Positions 11,723-25,530 of a stretch of 64,000 nucleotides of DNA are shown here, in pieces (the stretch's first letter is position 1; the number at the start of each line of letters is the position of its first letter). The stretch is taken from assembly GCF_018977255.1 (NCBI RefSeq), contig NW_024704743.1, positions 114,330,001 through 114,394,000 of the forward strand, in the 5' to 3' direction. Made by a program: the position numbers and the translations under genes. The notes beneath the pieces are model-generated. The model was given only the letters and a program-made list of their open reading frames with translations, was not told the DNA's origin and did no database searches. The DNA is from Callorhinchus milii (taxonomy: Eukaryota).

Positions 11723-13197
11723 AAATACTGTGAAGTGCTTTGAGACATCCTCCCAACTTGAAAGGGAGCAAAGATTATATCAAATGTGAAGAATATTCTT
11801 AATATTGTAGTGAAGGACCAATGTCCAGGTAAAGATTAAATTTTGGAATTTTGCACAATCTCAAATGTTAAAACACAGACTAAGATTAGGAGGGATTGCA
11901 ATATTGTACATCAGGGTTTCTTCAAAGCACTCTGAGACACTATCCTGTGTGAAGGGATCATATAAATGCAAGTTGTTATTGTTCTTATTTGTACTGCCTT
12001 TTGATGATGACAAACTTGTGATTGGGAACTTAGTTTGGGTGTAATCAACGGCTCATCATTTCACAGTGTAGCAGACAGAAGCAGCAATACACAAGAAGAC
12101 TTTGTTGCTGAAAGCTTTATCCTTCACTGTTAAACCAGAGCCAGCTGAAATGCTGGTCGCTTTGCATGCACTAATATTGATGTTGTTGGGTTCTGATAAG
12201 ATTTCTCATTGTAATTGCATCTGAGACATTGCATGTCACACTGACCCGAATTTCAGACCTTGGGATTGTTTCCCAAGCAAGGCAGAATAAACTGTATTTT
12301 AAATGAGGCTTGGTAACACTCTTGAGACTTAAGCAACAATGAATCAAGCAAAAAACATATTTAAAGTCTGAAAAACACTGCCAAAATTGACTTAAATGCA
12401 TGGATTGCACAGTTCTTGATAAACATAAATTCAAATTGAAGCTGCTGTTCATTTAAAATGCTGAATAGTATATTTTACCGGCACACAGTGCAATCATCAG
12501 ACCATGAATGAGTAATTGGTTCCTTCCTGGGGAGGGTATGTGTGTTGGGGGTGGAGAGCGGGGTGGAAGTAGGCAGGAGTGACAGGACTGAATGAAAGGT
12601 CAGTGTTTCCACTCTGTTCCCAGAGACAGCCTCAGGTCACATTTACTGCCCTAAAGATGTGCCCGAACTCCTTACCTCAACTAGCACTAGGGACTCTGAG
12701 ATACCATCCAGTCTTCACTTGAGAATGGAAATTGCACTAAAATTTAAGATGGGGAATTGATGAACATTTTTGATGAACAGCACCTTTTAAGTTTCAGTCA
12801 TTAAATTGGAAGCTGGTTCTCAAAAAGAACCAGCTTCAAAATTAAGGTTGAAGTTAAAAATTTTCCACAATTCTGCACCATCGTACACTTTAAGACAAAG
12901 TAGTCATACAGGGTAACGCTTGCTGAGATTTTTCAGGCCACTGTGTTTTTCCAACCAAAGTGTTTGCACAGCCTGGCCCAGTGGCTGCAAATAGCATTGA
13001 CTATTATACCACATTATCTTATGACTAATACCATTGAGAACTGGGATATCCAGGGAGCTGTCATCAACACCATTCAAAAACTCAATGGCAAAGATGATCA
13101 CTCCAGAACACATTGAACAGTTGAGTTAGTTCCAAACAGAGTGAAAAGAGACAGAACAGCACCTCATTGTGTGGCAGAACAAAGCCTACTCTGAAAG

Positions 13198-13312
13198 AAC
13201 TGTATATAAACCCAAAAAATGCTGGTCAATTGCATCCAAAAGGGTAAGACAGGTAAACATTTCGGGTGTGACTCTTCATCACTGCTCAGGAAAGGTCACA
13301 CTTGAAATGTAA
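13198..13312. mobile_element. Small palindromic repeat remnant (MER6/Penelope-associated type)
   Basis: AAAATGCTGG leader followed by the hairpin ACATTTCGGGTGTGACTCTTC / GAAAGGTCACACTTGAAATGT. Family name is from memory only. Confidence 0.45.
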
Positions 13313-13485
13313 TAGTCCTATAGGAATGCACAGGACCGGAAAAGGCTATTCATGTCAATCCATCTATCCAGACAGTCACAATGCTTCTGTCTAGTCCCAA
13401 TTCCTCCAGCCAGTCCTGTTCCTCTGGCCAGTTCTTTATTAGAGGTGCTGTCTTTCGGATGACACCGTAAAACTGAGGTCCTTAG

Positions 13486-13868
13486 ACAACAACAACAACT
13501 TGCACTTATATAGCACCCTCCACGCAGGGTAGCTTCTCAGAGCACTTAACAGTGGCGGAGCCTGACTCCGAGCGTGGGGGTGGGGGGGAAGTGATCATAA
13601 GCACAGTCAAAAAGGAAGTTTTTCAGGTGGGACTTGGAAAAGGGGAGAGAGGGGGCAAAGTGGATGGATTGAGGAAGAGTGTTCCAGAGTTTCGGGGCAT
13701 AGTGGCTGAAAGTGCGACCTTCAACGGTGGGGTGGAGGGTGTGAGGGACAAGCAGGAGGCCAGTAACAGTCAAGCGGAGGTGCCAGGTAGTGGATTGGGG
13801 AGTGAGGAGGTCGGAGAGATAGGGAGGTGCCAGGGAGTGAAGGGATCTGAGCAGGAATGTCAGGCTCG
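13486..13868 (-). mobile_element. L2 LINE 3' fragment (tail type B) inserted in a Deu-SINE (13440-13482 and 13870-14110)
   Basis: ORF 13546-13953 contains SLHSLAPPYLSDLL...GRTFSHYAPKLWNTLP...SKSHLKNFLF. (TTG)n tail present. Confidence 0.9.
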
Positions 13869-16800
13869 TGTTCAATGAAAAGACTATTTGAAAGGGAAAG
13901 AAGATTCTCCTGATGTTCTGGCCAACACTCCTCCAGATCAATTGGTCATTCACCTCATGCCGGTTTGTTAGAACCTACTGACGCAGATTGGCTGTTATGT
14001 TTGGTGATTAAAAACAGTCACTACACTTGACAGCAATTATCTATAAAGTGCTTTGAGAAGTTATGGTGGGATATTTGGATGTTACAAGCTATAAAAATGC
14101 ATGTTCTTCCTTTACTGTTCACCTAGAAACACACAGTCACTGCACTTCAAAGTAAATCCTGTGAAGTGCTTTGAGACATCTTCCCAATGTGAAAGGCGCT
14201 ACGTCAAATGCAAGGATTATTATTTATTTTATTATTTACACTCAAATTCCTAAGAAATTGGAGTGTATCATTGCAACCATTGAGATAAATGGTGCAGTTT
14301 TATGATTTACGCAATTATAAGTTTGTGCGGAGGATCCTTCAAAGTGGGTTTGGAAATCAGTCATATTACCAAATAGACGGCAAAATGGATTGCTCACATG
14401 CACCTCCCTGTGGCCATCTGAGGACCAACATCGGCCGAAGCAACTTGACCTTTTGGACAGGAGGGAGTGTGACATTGGGAGACCGTTGAATGGAGAATAT
14501 AAAACTAATTTAACAATTGAAAATAAGCATTAAAAAGGAATCAGCTTGCCTCTAGGGTTCTCTGACTCCATCAACATAAGAGAGGCTCAGATGAAGAAAA
14601 CCCCCCCAGCCATTCAGTCTCATTCTTATAGACTATCAATCCTACCATCTTCCCTTTACACCTTTAAGCTGTTTCTGAAATAAGTCCAGTGTCTTGGTCT
14701 CCACTCCCCCACCTGGCAATCCATTGTGGCTGTCCATTAAGCTCTGTGTAAAGAAATACCTCCCAGTATCTGTCTTATAAAATACTCGTCACAACCATCT
14801 AAATCCATTTCAGTGCTAAACAGAGAAAGTTGGACACAGTTGGGGATTCGTGATAAGTATATTTGGAACACAATGCAGGAAAACCTTCCTTGCTGAAAGA
14901 AGTATAAATATTTTGGACATTCTAACGAGCAATAGTGGAGGTAAAACCATTGGAGTTATTACAAGGCAAAATAAATTGTCATTATGGAACAATTCTGGTA
15001 CAATTTTGGGACGAGCTTCAGGTTACATTATGCTTAGAATGAACGGGGAAACTAGAATAAAAGTTTTAAACAAAGGATGTGAAACCACAAGTGGCTATTG
15101 AGACAAATCAGTTAAATCAACTGACGCCTTGTAGCATGATACACACACAAAACATCTAAGACTTTAATATTCTACAAATGACATCCTCTTCTCCTTTCCT
15201 ATATTTAACTTGGGGACATTTGGGGACAGCATTCAGCAGTTTCACCCTAGCCCACCCCACCGGCTGAGACATTTTCCTGTGCTGGGGCCAGCAGCCACAA
15301 AGCTCCTATATAATCAAAATGACAGTGTGCAGACCCATTAATTAATACGTATTTACACTACCAACTGGAATTAATCTTCCAAAACATGTCACATGCAGCT
15401 CTGCTTTACGTCAGTGCCAGCACACACAAAAGGATATCGTTAATCCCTTTGCCTTTTATTCCTTTACAGTAAATAATAACCCCTTGTTTCTGGCTTTTAT
15501 TTTGGATTCGATTTAATGAATCTCATAACATTTGGCCACCTGTCATACTCTCCACCTATTTTTCTTTTTTTAAAAAAAACATTAAAATACTTTTCTTTCA
15601 ATATGTCCCAAATTTATTTATAAAACTTTGTGTTCGACATTTGCTGTTGTTATCTCAACCTGTAGAAATGATATTAACAAATTAGGTTTTAAAATATTCC
15701 AAAGCACATATAACAAATCCAGCAACATTTTAGCAAATTCACCATATGAAAAGGAAACATTTAATCAACGTCTATTTCGAATTCAAAAGAACATTTTGTG
15801 ATAAGATGTATACTTCCCGAAGGACTGTACATTAATTTTGCAGTTATTTACATTAGGTTTATCTTACATATTAAAAATAAATATAATCTGAAATTAATTA
15901 ATGTCAAGTTATTGCCAAACAATTGTGCAGTCTGGAGCACAATTGGAATGACATTGGTATTTCATAATCAATTCCAGATTGAAAAAATGTGTTAAGATCT
16001 TTTCTACACCCAATGACCAACAGTAACTTTTTAACGGAACAAAATATAATACTAAGTATTTCCGCAGCTAAAATGTTTCCCATTTAAGAGGATAGTGTCT
16101 CCCATGGAATTTCTACTCTCCCATTAGCAATTGATAGTTGTTGCAGGTCTCGCCATTTGACTTAAAGGTTATACAAATTAAATTGCTAAAACGAATAAAC
16201 CATTAGAAGATAAGTTGCACACATGTTTCATGATAGAAAACACGTGTGCATTATAACTGGCTACATGCCATGAAGCACTCTGCTTTTCTGACTAAGTTTT
16301 GGGTTGGTCTTTCGCTGACTCAGTTTATACCCCACTGCTCCCCTTCCCAACATCATATTACAGCTTTATATAAGCTCTGTGTCACAAGATTCATGGCAGA
16401 TTCATTTTACAGGACTTATCCCCTCTCTCCTCTCATTGTACCGATGCCAAAGACTTTGAGAGCTCTCCTGGGTGTATTTTCATAGAGTGATATCTCAAAG
16501 GGATGAACACAGAAAGTCAACTTCACCAGCAACTTGCCTTTCAGCAGATGATAAGATTAGCTAATTTGTGGTTATTTCTTCAGCACATTTTGTGTTTCAG
16601 AAATTCAATCATTGCACATTTCAGATTAAGACATCTGTTAACAAATACCACAACCTACGCCACATATATCCTTAATGCATCCCAGTCTTCCTTATTGCAC
16701 ATGCGATTTATATACAGCCACAGCCTCAGAATACCCATCAGAGAACTTTCTTTTGGTCTGAAACCCATCACCATGCTTAAGAGAATCCAAACCAAGCTGC

Positions 16801-17423
16801 GAATTCCATGCATCCCACCCACATGTGGAAATTCCACAGATATTTGTTGGAATTGAATTTGCACTCCCTGGAGGGATGCATCCTGCTCATCTAATTCTGG
16901 AAACTTTGGTGCAGGTTGGCAAGAGCCAAGGCTTGGGGACCCCATAGTGTGCATTGGGTTACTGCTGGAGTTTAATCAGCTAAAACCGCATAGCTTGCCA
17001 GTACCCATCGCACAGGAGACTGGATGAGCTTTCCCGCTGCTTGTACAGATAGGACCACCCTACCCATTAGGGCTTTGGCTTATAGGGTTGCAGGAGCTGA
17101 GTGGGATGATTCCCTGCCCCCAGTGATTGATCTGCCCTTCCAAGTCCAAACAACCTCGAAATTCGAAGAAATTATTCAAAATGAAGGATCAGGTCAGATA
17201 CGAACCTTTTCCTTCCACAAGCCACACCTTAATGGAACATGTTTGTTATTTCCTTTCGCAGTGTAACATGACCTTGTTTGTCTGTTACACAACCAGAAAA
17301 TCTTGTCTGTAGGAACATAGGAATGGGCAGGATTGCAGGAGACCATTGCAATTCAATCTGGCTGTACCCAACACTAAAAGGCAGAAAGAATTACAAAAAT
17401 AATCTTAGACTAATCCATCTCTC

Positions 17424-17494
17424 AACAACAACAACAACAACAAGATTCCATTTATAAAGCGCCTTTCACGTCAGGAGGACGTCCCAAGGCGCTG
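17424..17494 (-). mobile_element. Tail-only L2 insertion (3' stem-loop plus (TTG)n)
   Basis: Nearly identical to the 3' 70 nt of the L2 copies at 27831 and 35271. Confidence 0.9.
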
Positions 17495-18147
17495 ATATTC
17501 TCAACGAGTATTGAAGAATATTAATACCAAAGAAGCAGCCTGCAGTATGACCTGGGTGTCCTTGTAGCGTTTTCTTATCCTTCAAGGGACTGATACATTC
17601 TCAACCCTATCTAGACTTCAGGCTGTCAGGGATCGACTGGAAAATACTAGCACAATTCTGCATCACCCACATTAGCTTGGCAGGGGTGACACACTGTAGA
17701 CACTTCACATTAGCAGGGAGCAAATACAAACGCCCCTTGCAACTGTGGTCTCAGAACACCATCATCATGATCTCATTGCTGGAGACACACATGAAGCTGT
17801 TTGTCCTGTTAAAATTATAGATATTTACAGAACAGAAGCCTGTTTCTTTGTTAAAACGGATATTGCTCACATCCAAATGCAATATAAAAGTCAAACCTGG
17901 GCCAAGCTTTTGTTTTCATTTCATGTACCTGAACTGGACTAATACAAACTTTTCGTCTAGATCTGACGGTGAAGATTTTATGAACATATCTGATGTGTTG
18001 ATTATCTTATTAAATCTTATGAAAAGCTCCACTTTTCATTCATAAATTATACATTTTTTGTCAGATGCCACAAACAGCCAGTGAGAGATCTGATGGAGGT
18101 GTTTGCAATTGGTGCGTCCGTAACTATAAGATAGCCCCTAAGATAAG

Positions 18148-18570
18148 ATAACAACAACAACAAAATTACATTTATAGAGCGCCTTTCACGTCGGGAGGAC
18201 GTCCCAAAGCGCTGAACAGTCAAATGTCGGGGCCCGAGCATGGGGGAGGGGTGATGTAGGGGTGAGGGAAGGCAGAGAAGTGGGAGGGAGACCAAAGGCA
18301 TGGTCGAAGAGAAGGGTCTTGAGACCGGACTTGAAGGAAGCAAGGGAGGAAGCGAGGTGAAGGGACGGTGGGATGGAGTTCCAGAGTGTGGGGGCAGAGA
18401 GGCTGAAAGCCTGGCCATCGATGGTAGGGCGGGTCAGGCGGGAGACATGGATCAGGCCCTGATGAGCGGAGGGAGTGGGCAGGTTGGTAGGAAGTCAGCA
18501 AGTCAGAGAGGTAGGAGGGGGCAAGGCCATGGATGGCCTTAAAGGTGAGGACGAGAATCTTGAACTCGAA
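18148..18570 (-). mobile_element. L2 3' fragment (tail type A), followed by a decayed CR1 3' remnant (about 18575-18870, plus strand)
   Basis: Motifs LTSYQPAHSLRSSG and KILVLTFK, tail stem-loop GGGACGTCCTCCCGACGTGAAAGGCGC, and (TTG)n. Confidence 0.88.
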
Positions 18571-21306
18571 CAGAATCAGAATAAGAAAGAGAGTTTTAGA
18601 GGAACCTTTTTAAACAGAAGATGGTGAGTATATGAAGTATGTATCAGAAGCTGTAGTTGAAGCAGAAACAACATAAACTTGCATTTGTACAGCATCCTTC
18701 ACATAAGAAGCATTTTAAAGCGATCGGAGTAAAAAGCATCATATTTAAGAGGAAACCTGATGCATACATAAGAGAGAAGGAAATAGAGGGGTATGGAAAA
18801 GGGAACAAGGAGCCTCAAGTGGAATATAAACACCAGTATGGACTTGTTTCAGTGCTAGAGACTCTACATAATTTTTAAGGGCTTTGAGACATAGTCCCTA
18901 CATGAAACGTACTCAACAAATGTAAATTCTATTGTAGTATTCCAATTCTATGTATTGCAATACCTTGTGTTCGTTTTGAAATTTTGGGGTGAAATTTATG
19001 ACATCTCACATTTGGTTTGTTTTGAAAATTAGCACAATGGATCTGTTCTGAAATGTTGTATACTTCTGCATTTCCAAAGAATGGTCTGAACTGAACACGT
19101 CCTAACAGCGACACACTTTGGTTTGCTCCCATTCTTGATTGTGACATTTCATAACAGTTTCAATGTGATAATTATCACATCAAACCTGTAATGAAATGTT
19201 GCAAATTAACCTCAATTTGATTTTCCTTCTCACCTAATGATAAAAGATCAATAAACCTGACAAAGCCAATTAGGTTTACACTGAATTAGGGTTAATAATT
19301 AATAGTGTTCTCAATGATTTATCAACATCAATAGGTGGTTGCAGGACGAGCATGGTGCAATCTGAGTGAACGCATTCCTTTATAGACACTGAGAGCAATG
19401 CATTTACTGCATTGCAAGCAAAGATTTGGTATGTGTTTTTCCCCCTTAGAAAATACTGCTGCTCTGTAGGTACATGCAAAGTTTCCTCTTCACCATCTGC
19501 TGTAATGGTTGCAAGGCTGCAATTATGTATTCCAGTACACAATTCTCAGCACTAATATATAGTAGTTGCACTTTGTTCATACGTGCCTCAATGTGATGCC
19601 AGGGAGTTCCTGGTATTAGTGAGTCAACAATGTGCTACATCAGATAAAAACCTCTTCAGCTCCCACCTCTGGATTGGGCACTACTCCAGCAATAGAGTCA
19701 AGGACTATGAGATGTCCTTCTGATTTGAAAAGTGCTATACATCTATTAACTGTAGTGAAATATTATAAAAGCTGCACATGTGCATGGAATACTAGTGTAA
19801 CAATGGCTTAAAAGGCAGCCTACGATGATTGCACAGATTGACTGAGCAGCCAACCTTCATTGGTGACTGTTCCCAGGCAGAAAATTGCATCCATGTGTTG
19901 CTATAAGATCACATCCCTGTGAGATCACTTGATGTATCTGGAGTGCTCAGCATAGTGGACACTGCACCCATGATAAATGACAATACAATTACATTTACAT
20001 AGCACCTTTCACGTTGGAAGGACATTTCAAAGCATTTAAAGTGGTTATGTACTGAGGACACTCTACATGAGGATTTCCAAGACATGATTAGTGGTATTCA
20101 GATCATTCAAACCATTCTGAACATTGTGATGATGACATTAGGATCTAAAGTGCGATAAGTCCAGTGAACAAACATGTCAACTTTTCCTATTCGGAATTCA
20201 CAATTTCTCCATTTTGGGAGTCTAGTAACAAACTCGCAATCCAGGCATTGCAAACAGAGATTCCAATCCAGTTTGCAAATATCTCATTTTGAACCACAAT
20301 ATGCATACACACAGTGCAAACACACAGCAGGCATCATTGACATGGCTCGCCAGACTCAGCAGAAGGCTCTTATAGTGAAGTGCTACTGTCATCACCTTTG
20401 AGCTTAAACAATTGCCCATCATCTGTTCATGAGAAGTCATGAGAGATATTAAATGCCCCGCTGTCCTGTTCAGTTGATTTATGTTTCGTACGATGCTGTA
20501 ATTTAGTTCTTGAAACCCTTTCTGAGGCCATCAATTCATCTGGACAGTTCTCAGAGCTGCAACAATTTATTAACATTCTGGCAATGATGATGTATGTTTA
20601 ACAATGGCCTCTGTAGTCAGGAGATTTTTTCTGTGTCTGGGACTGCAAACTACATTGTGCTGTGCAATGTGAACAGTAAAGTTCTATTTCATTGAAGAAG
20701 CAACTCATGTCCTCTCTGACCTGTCATTTTTCACTCTTGTACCAACACCCGCACATAATAGCCACATGATATGTCCATGAGTTATGGTGGCTATTTCTAC
20801 CTATTAAAGGTAATAATTTGAAGAATTTCACTGCACTTGATTTTGAGGCCTATGACAAGGTTAGAAAATATGTTCAGTATACAAAGGAGGTCATTTGTCC
20901 CATCCAGCCTGTGCTTGTGGGAGCGTAGGCTTGATGGGAACCCCCAATACCCTATTACATTCACTTATAAATCACTCAATGACCTAGCACCTCTCTAGCC
21001 CTGCAATCTCCTAATGCACCTCTTCTACTCACCAGCTCCATTTGACTAACTCGGGTTTGCTGAACATCCCCTCTTCTTGGTAACACTATCAGTGGCCAAG
21101 CATCAGCTACTGTGTCCTTAAACTTTGGAATAACCCTCCGTCTCTAACCTCTCTCTTTAAATCCATTAAACCAAGGTCCCATCTGGATGTTCAGGTGGAT
21201 ATTAAAGATCCCATGATACTATTCAGAAACAGAAGGAAATTTCTCCCAGTTTCTTGGCTCAGAAATAAAATTGGTCATTCACTTCATAGCTATTTGTGGG
21301 CATTGT

Positions 21307-21596
21307 GGAGTCCTGTAGCTCAGTGGTTTGAGCACTCGCCTCACAAGCGAGAGACCTGGGTTGAATTCCTGGCAGGGTAAAAAAATGTTCGGCAAGTTTC
21401 CTTACTCCACACTCCTCTGTTTACCTAGCAGTAAGTAGGAACCCGGTTGTTAGTCAATTGGCGGATTGCTTTTCCGGGTGTAATAATTCCTTAAAAAATA
21501 TATAATAATAAATTGGTCGCTCAATCCATGACTATTTGTGGGACACTCTCAAAGAATTGATAAGGCGCTATATCAAATGCAAGGATTATTATTATT
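21307..21596 (+). mobile_element. tRNA-headed SINE, long form with an internal 3' deletion, nested in an older Deu-SINE (about 21165-21690)
   Basis: Head GGAGTCCTGTAGCTCAGTGG. GGACACT is joined directly to CTCAAAG. The host SINE motif GTGGG-CATTG|CTGTG is split around the insertion. Confidence 0.88.
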
Positions 21597-22649
21597 GCTG
21601 TGAGCTTACGAAATACACAGTACAGTAAAAACCTTTGAAGTGCTTTGAGATATTTCAACAAGGTGGTAAGGTGCTTATATCAAGTGCAAATAAAATATTT
21701 GCATAGAATATACATAGAATAGTTTGTCTACAGAATTTATCGACAGTAAAGTCACTACCCTTGACAGTGAATTCAATGAAGCATTTGAGATATCCTCCCA
21801 ATGTGAAAGACACCATCAAATACATTTATGATTATATATGAAAAAGTCATCTACATTGTGAAAAACTGAAGTGAAACCAGCTATAAATCTTATGCTCTAG
21901 CGCCTTGGGACGTCCTCCCGACGTGAAAGCTGCTATACAAATGTAATCTTGTTGTTGTTGTTGTTGTTATCTGTATGCACTTCAATACAGTTTTACCACC
22001 CAACACACACATATCTGGTTTCCACAGCCTTGGGACTTCAGCAAAATCCAGGCCCGAAAATCTGTACCTCGGTTTATCCAAAGTCTTGAATCACTCTTGA
22101 AGGGAAGCCAATGTAATTATGGTACTTGGCACCTCTAATTTATTGACATACTTCAAATCAGTGTTATTTTCACTGAAATATCCCCAAACATCTGTGTTCA
22201 TTTCAGTGCTGAATTAACATAGCAATTTGTAATTTTTTTTACAAGAGCTACACAGAATGGCAAGGAAATCGACCATTCAGTCCAACTAGTCCGTGCCAGT
22301 GTTTACACAAACCTTCACCCCTGTATTCACTTCTCTCTGAAGTATGCATTGTTTTTCCTTGTAAATACATTGATTTTGAAGAAATAACAAAGCTCGTTTC
22401 TAACTTTGGCACTTTACAAACTTTGACAAACCTTGGTAAAGCTAAAGGATTTCATTTAACAATACACGGTGTGAAAAGAAGTTCTTGAAGCAACTAGAGG
22501 GGTGAAAAAGTTCAGTACATGCTGAAAGATTTTACCAAATTCACTAAGTACATTTGAATCAAACTGGAATATTGAACTGTGAGGGTCTAGGATACAGCAA
22601 GATTTAGTTTTATTATTATTATTATTTTATTCCCTTTAATTTTCCGTCT

Positions 22650-22865
22650 TCCCTTCTTCACTGACATTTAAGTACAGGTCCACAGGCTCCTCATTAACAC
22701 AAGTAGCCATTGTTCATGCGTGAAGCTAGATAATGAACATTGGCATGTTTCAGCAAACTCTGAGACAATGGGGTTAGGCGATGGGGGGAATATCAGAGCT
22801 GAACCCAATTCTGTCCTCACGCAATATCCACATATACCCTTTTTAGGTGCAGGTGCTGGAAACTA
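22650..22865 (-). mobile_element. Ancient, heavily decayed SINE-like repeat (related pieces near 29380-29500, 29565-29685, 30295-30470, 53440-53690, 59600-59700)
   Basis: Recurrent degenerate motifs such as CAAGTAGCCATTGTTCATG, GATCAGCTAACTCAGCA and GGGAAAATCAGCCAAGG. Family not confidently identified. Confidence 0.4.
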
Positions 22866-24163
22866 GATTATATTTATTCTCCAGTGTTTTGAACTCACAG
22901 GAAAGGTGGACATCTCCGCATGTTGGCAAGCCTAAAATGAGAAGGCATTTAAGATAGCCAGGAGCAGAACTAAAGGGAATTTAGGAAGAACTTCTTCACA
23001 CAGAGGGTGGTGAGAATGTGAGTTGCTTGTGAGCAATGATGGAGATTGATAGCAACTTTGTTCCTTTCAAAGGGTCACAAGATTGGTTCAGATGAAGAAG
23101 GCTCTTTGGTCCATCTGATCTCATTCCAACAGCACACCTGCCCTCCCAACCTTGCATCAAGTTGCTTTGTAAATTAGTCCAGTATCTTCGCCTCCACTAC
23201 CTTTCCTGGGTAAGCAGGTTGGGATTATTCTGCCCCCTGTGCTCCAGGTATCCAATTATCTGATGTGAGTGAATCAACATTCTGCTCTGTTGTGTAAATT
23301 TCCCAAAGGTGTTCCTTCTGCACTCATAAATAATTGTTTTATACTTAGAAAAAACATTCCAATTTGAGGGTAAAATAAAATTATTCATATAAAATTACAT
23401 CATTGTTATTTCTAAGCACGCAGGGACAAATTTGCAAAAGTTAGGAAACAGACCATAGCTTCTTAGCTCACATCGATAAATCTGCTACCAGGCACACACA
23501 CATAACTGAATATTGCGCATTTCACAACAAGCAAATGACAGTCACGACAAATATTTTGCGATTTTTACCAAAATTAATTGTGCCTCATCTAAATAAAATA
23601 TACACTCTGCTATCCTGCAATATTGTTTCATTAATTTTCTCTTCGGCCACTCTCCTAACCTTACCCTCCACACCCTTATCTCAACCCTCCTAATCCCTGA
23701 CTGTCCAATACCTTGGGACGTCCTCCCAACGTGAATGGCACTTTACAAATATAATTTGTTGTTGTTGTTCTCTATTCTCTCCCTTTTTCATTACCTTCTT
23801 CCTATTCATTCATAACTTCAGAATCTGTTTTTTTTCTATAATCTGTCTTTTGTTTTTACCATTGTCCACTTCGGAAGGTACAAGATTTTTAAATGCTATT
23901 TGTTGTTGTTGTTGTTACAAGCAACTTCCTTTAAAAGTGACTTCCATTGCCTCAAAGCAGGCCAGACAGACAACAAAGGAAAGAAAGCTGTCTGGAGGCA
24001 GATAAAAAGATCCACGATTGACAGGCTGCAACCTAGGTGTGACCCTGTCTTGTCCTGTATGCATTTTTCATTTGTAAAGTCAGTGACAGCTGTAAACGTG
24101 TACATTTCTCTGCATGGCCCACAGAGAGCTTGCTCCCGAAGTGTCTGAGAAACTCCAAAAAGT

Positions 24164-24531
24164 TAATAATAATAATAATCCTTGCCATTTGATATATCGC
24201 CTTATTACGTCTTTGAGACGTCTCAAAGCGCTTCACAGAATATACTGTAAAGTGAATTGACTGTATATTTTGTGGGCTAAACCGGCAGCCAATTGTGCAC
24301 AGCAGTGTTGACTGTTGTGGGTTGAAGTGACCAATTTATTATTTTTTAAAGGAATTATTACCCCCGGAAAAGTGATCTGCCAATCAACTAACAACTGGGT
24401 TCCTACTTACTGCTAGGTAAACAGCGGCATGTGGAGTAAGGAAACTTGCCCAACGTTTCGCCCTGCTGGGAATCGAACCCAGGTCTCTCGGTTGCGAGGT
24501 GAGTGCTCTAACCACTGAGCTACAGGACTCC
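24164..24531 (-). mobile_element. Full-length tRNA-headed SINE, long form
   Basis: Reverse complement begins GGAGTCCTGTAGCTCAGTGGTTAGAGCACTC..GGTTCGATTCCC (Pol III A and B boxes) and ends in (TTA)n. Confidence 0.93.
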
Positions 24532-25530
24532 TAATGGTAAACTCATGCCCTTTATATCTGCACTCACAGTCCAATATAGATAACTTGTCCGCATTTATAT
24601 TATTTGCTCCTGTATCTTCTCATAATCTTAGATCATAATCACCTCTCATTCTCTTATAAAAAACATTCATACGATTATGCATTTGAACTGTCACATTCAT
24701 CTAGTCAGTTCCAAAACAATAAATAAATCTCCGCTACTCTACGCATCCCTAGCCTCAAATCCAGTTGTTTATCATGTAGGCATTTCTGGCAAAATACAGT
24801 CACTGCTCTTTAAACTAAATCTTGAGATGTCATACCAACATGAAAAGTGCAATTTTAAAAACAAGGATTATTATTTATTAAATACACTGTATATTCAATT
24901 TGTTTCTGAAATTGTTGAGAAAATCTGTCCGGACCTCGGTTAGGGTATTGCACAACACATACAGTCTTCACAACTACACAACTTTCATAGATATAATTAC
25001 TGCGTAAAGTAATTATATCTGAACTGTCTGTGCTTCCCGGACGCATGTCATCCTTGTCACACTTTTCAAAACACTTTCTACTGGTTCCTACTCCATTCAC
25101 TGTTACTTGTCAAGTTGTACTACCACAGTATGGAACTCTTTCACTGATATTGTCATTATAGACTTCAGAACAAATGCGTTTCACTTACCCACGTTAGGCA
25201 GATGGCGCAAACGGTTTTAACATGGCTGTTTGACAAGATCCATTGCACTACAATCTTACCAAACGGATCAGCACCTCACAGCATTTAACTTCACTGGTAT
25301 CAGGAGCTCAGAGCAACTGTCTGTGCTTGAGGTCAGTTCTAATCAGTGCAACTTGATGCAACTCAGCAAAGAGAGAAAAAATAGTAACATGCTAACTTTG
25401 TCCCAAAGCTGTCATAAGATATAAGCATACATTGTTTCAATATGGGAAAAAATTATCCCTCACATGTAAAGCAGACAACTCAATAATAGGTTCTTACATG
25501 TTATCCGTTTGACTTCTGATCTTTTTCCAT

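Noticed and set aside
16503..16954. Overlapping 117-aa and 99-aa ORFs
   Set aside because: No recognisable domain, and lengths are within chance expectation.
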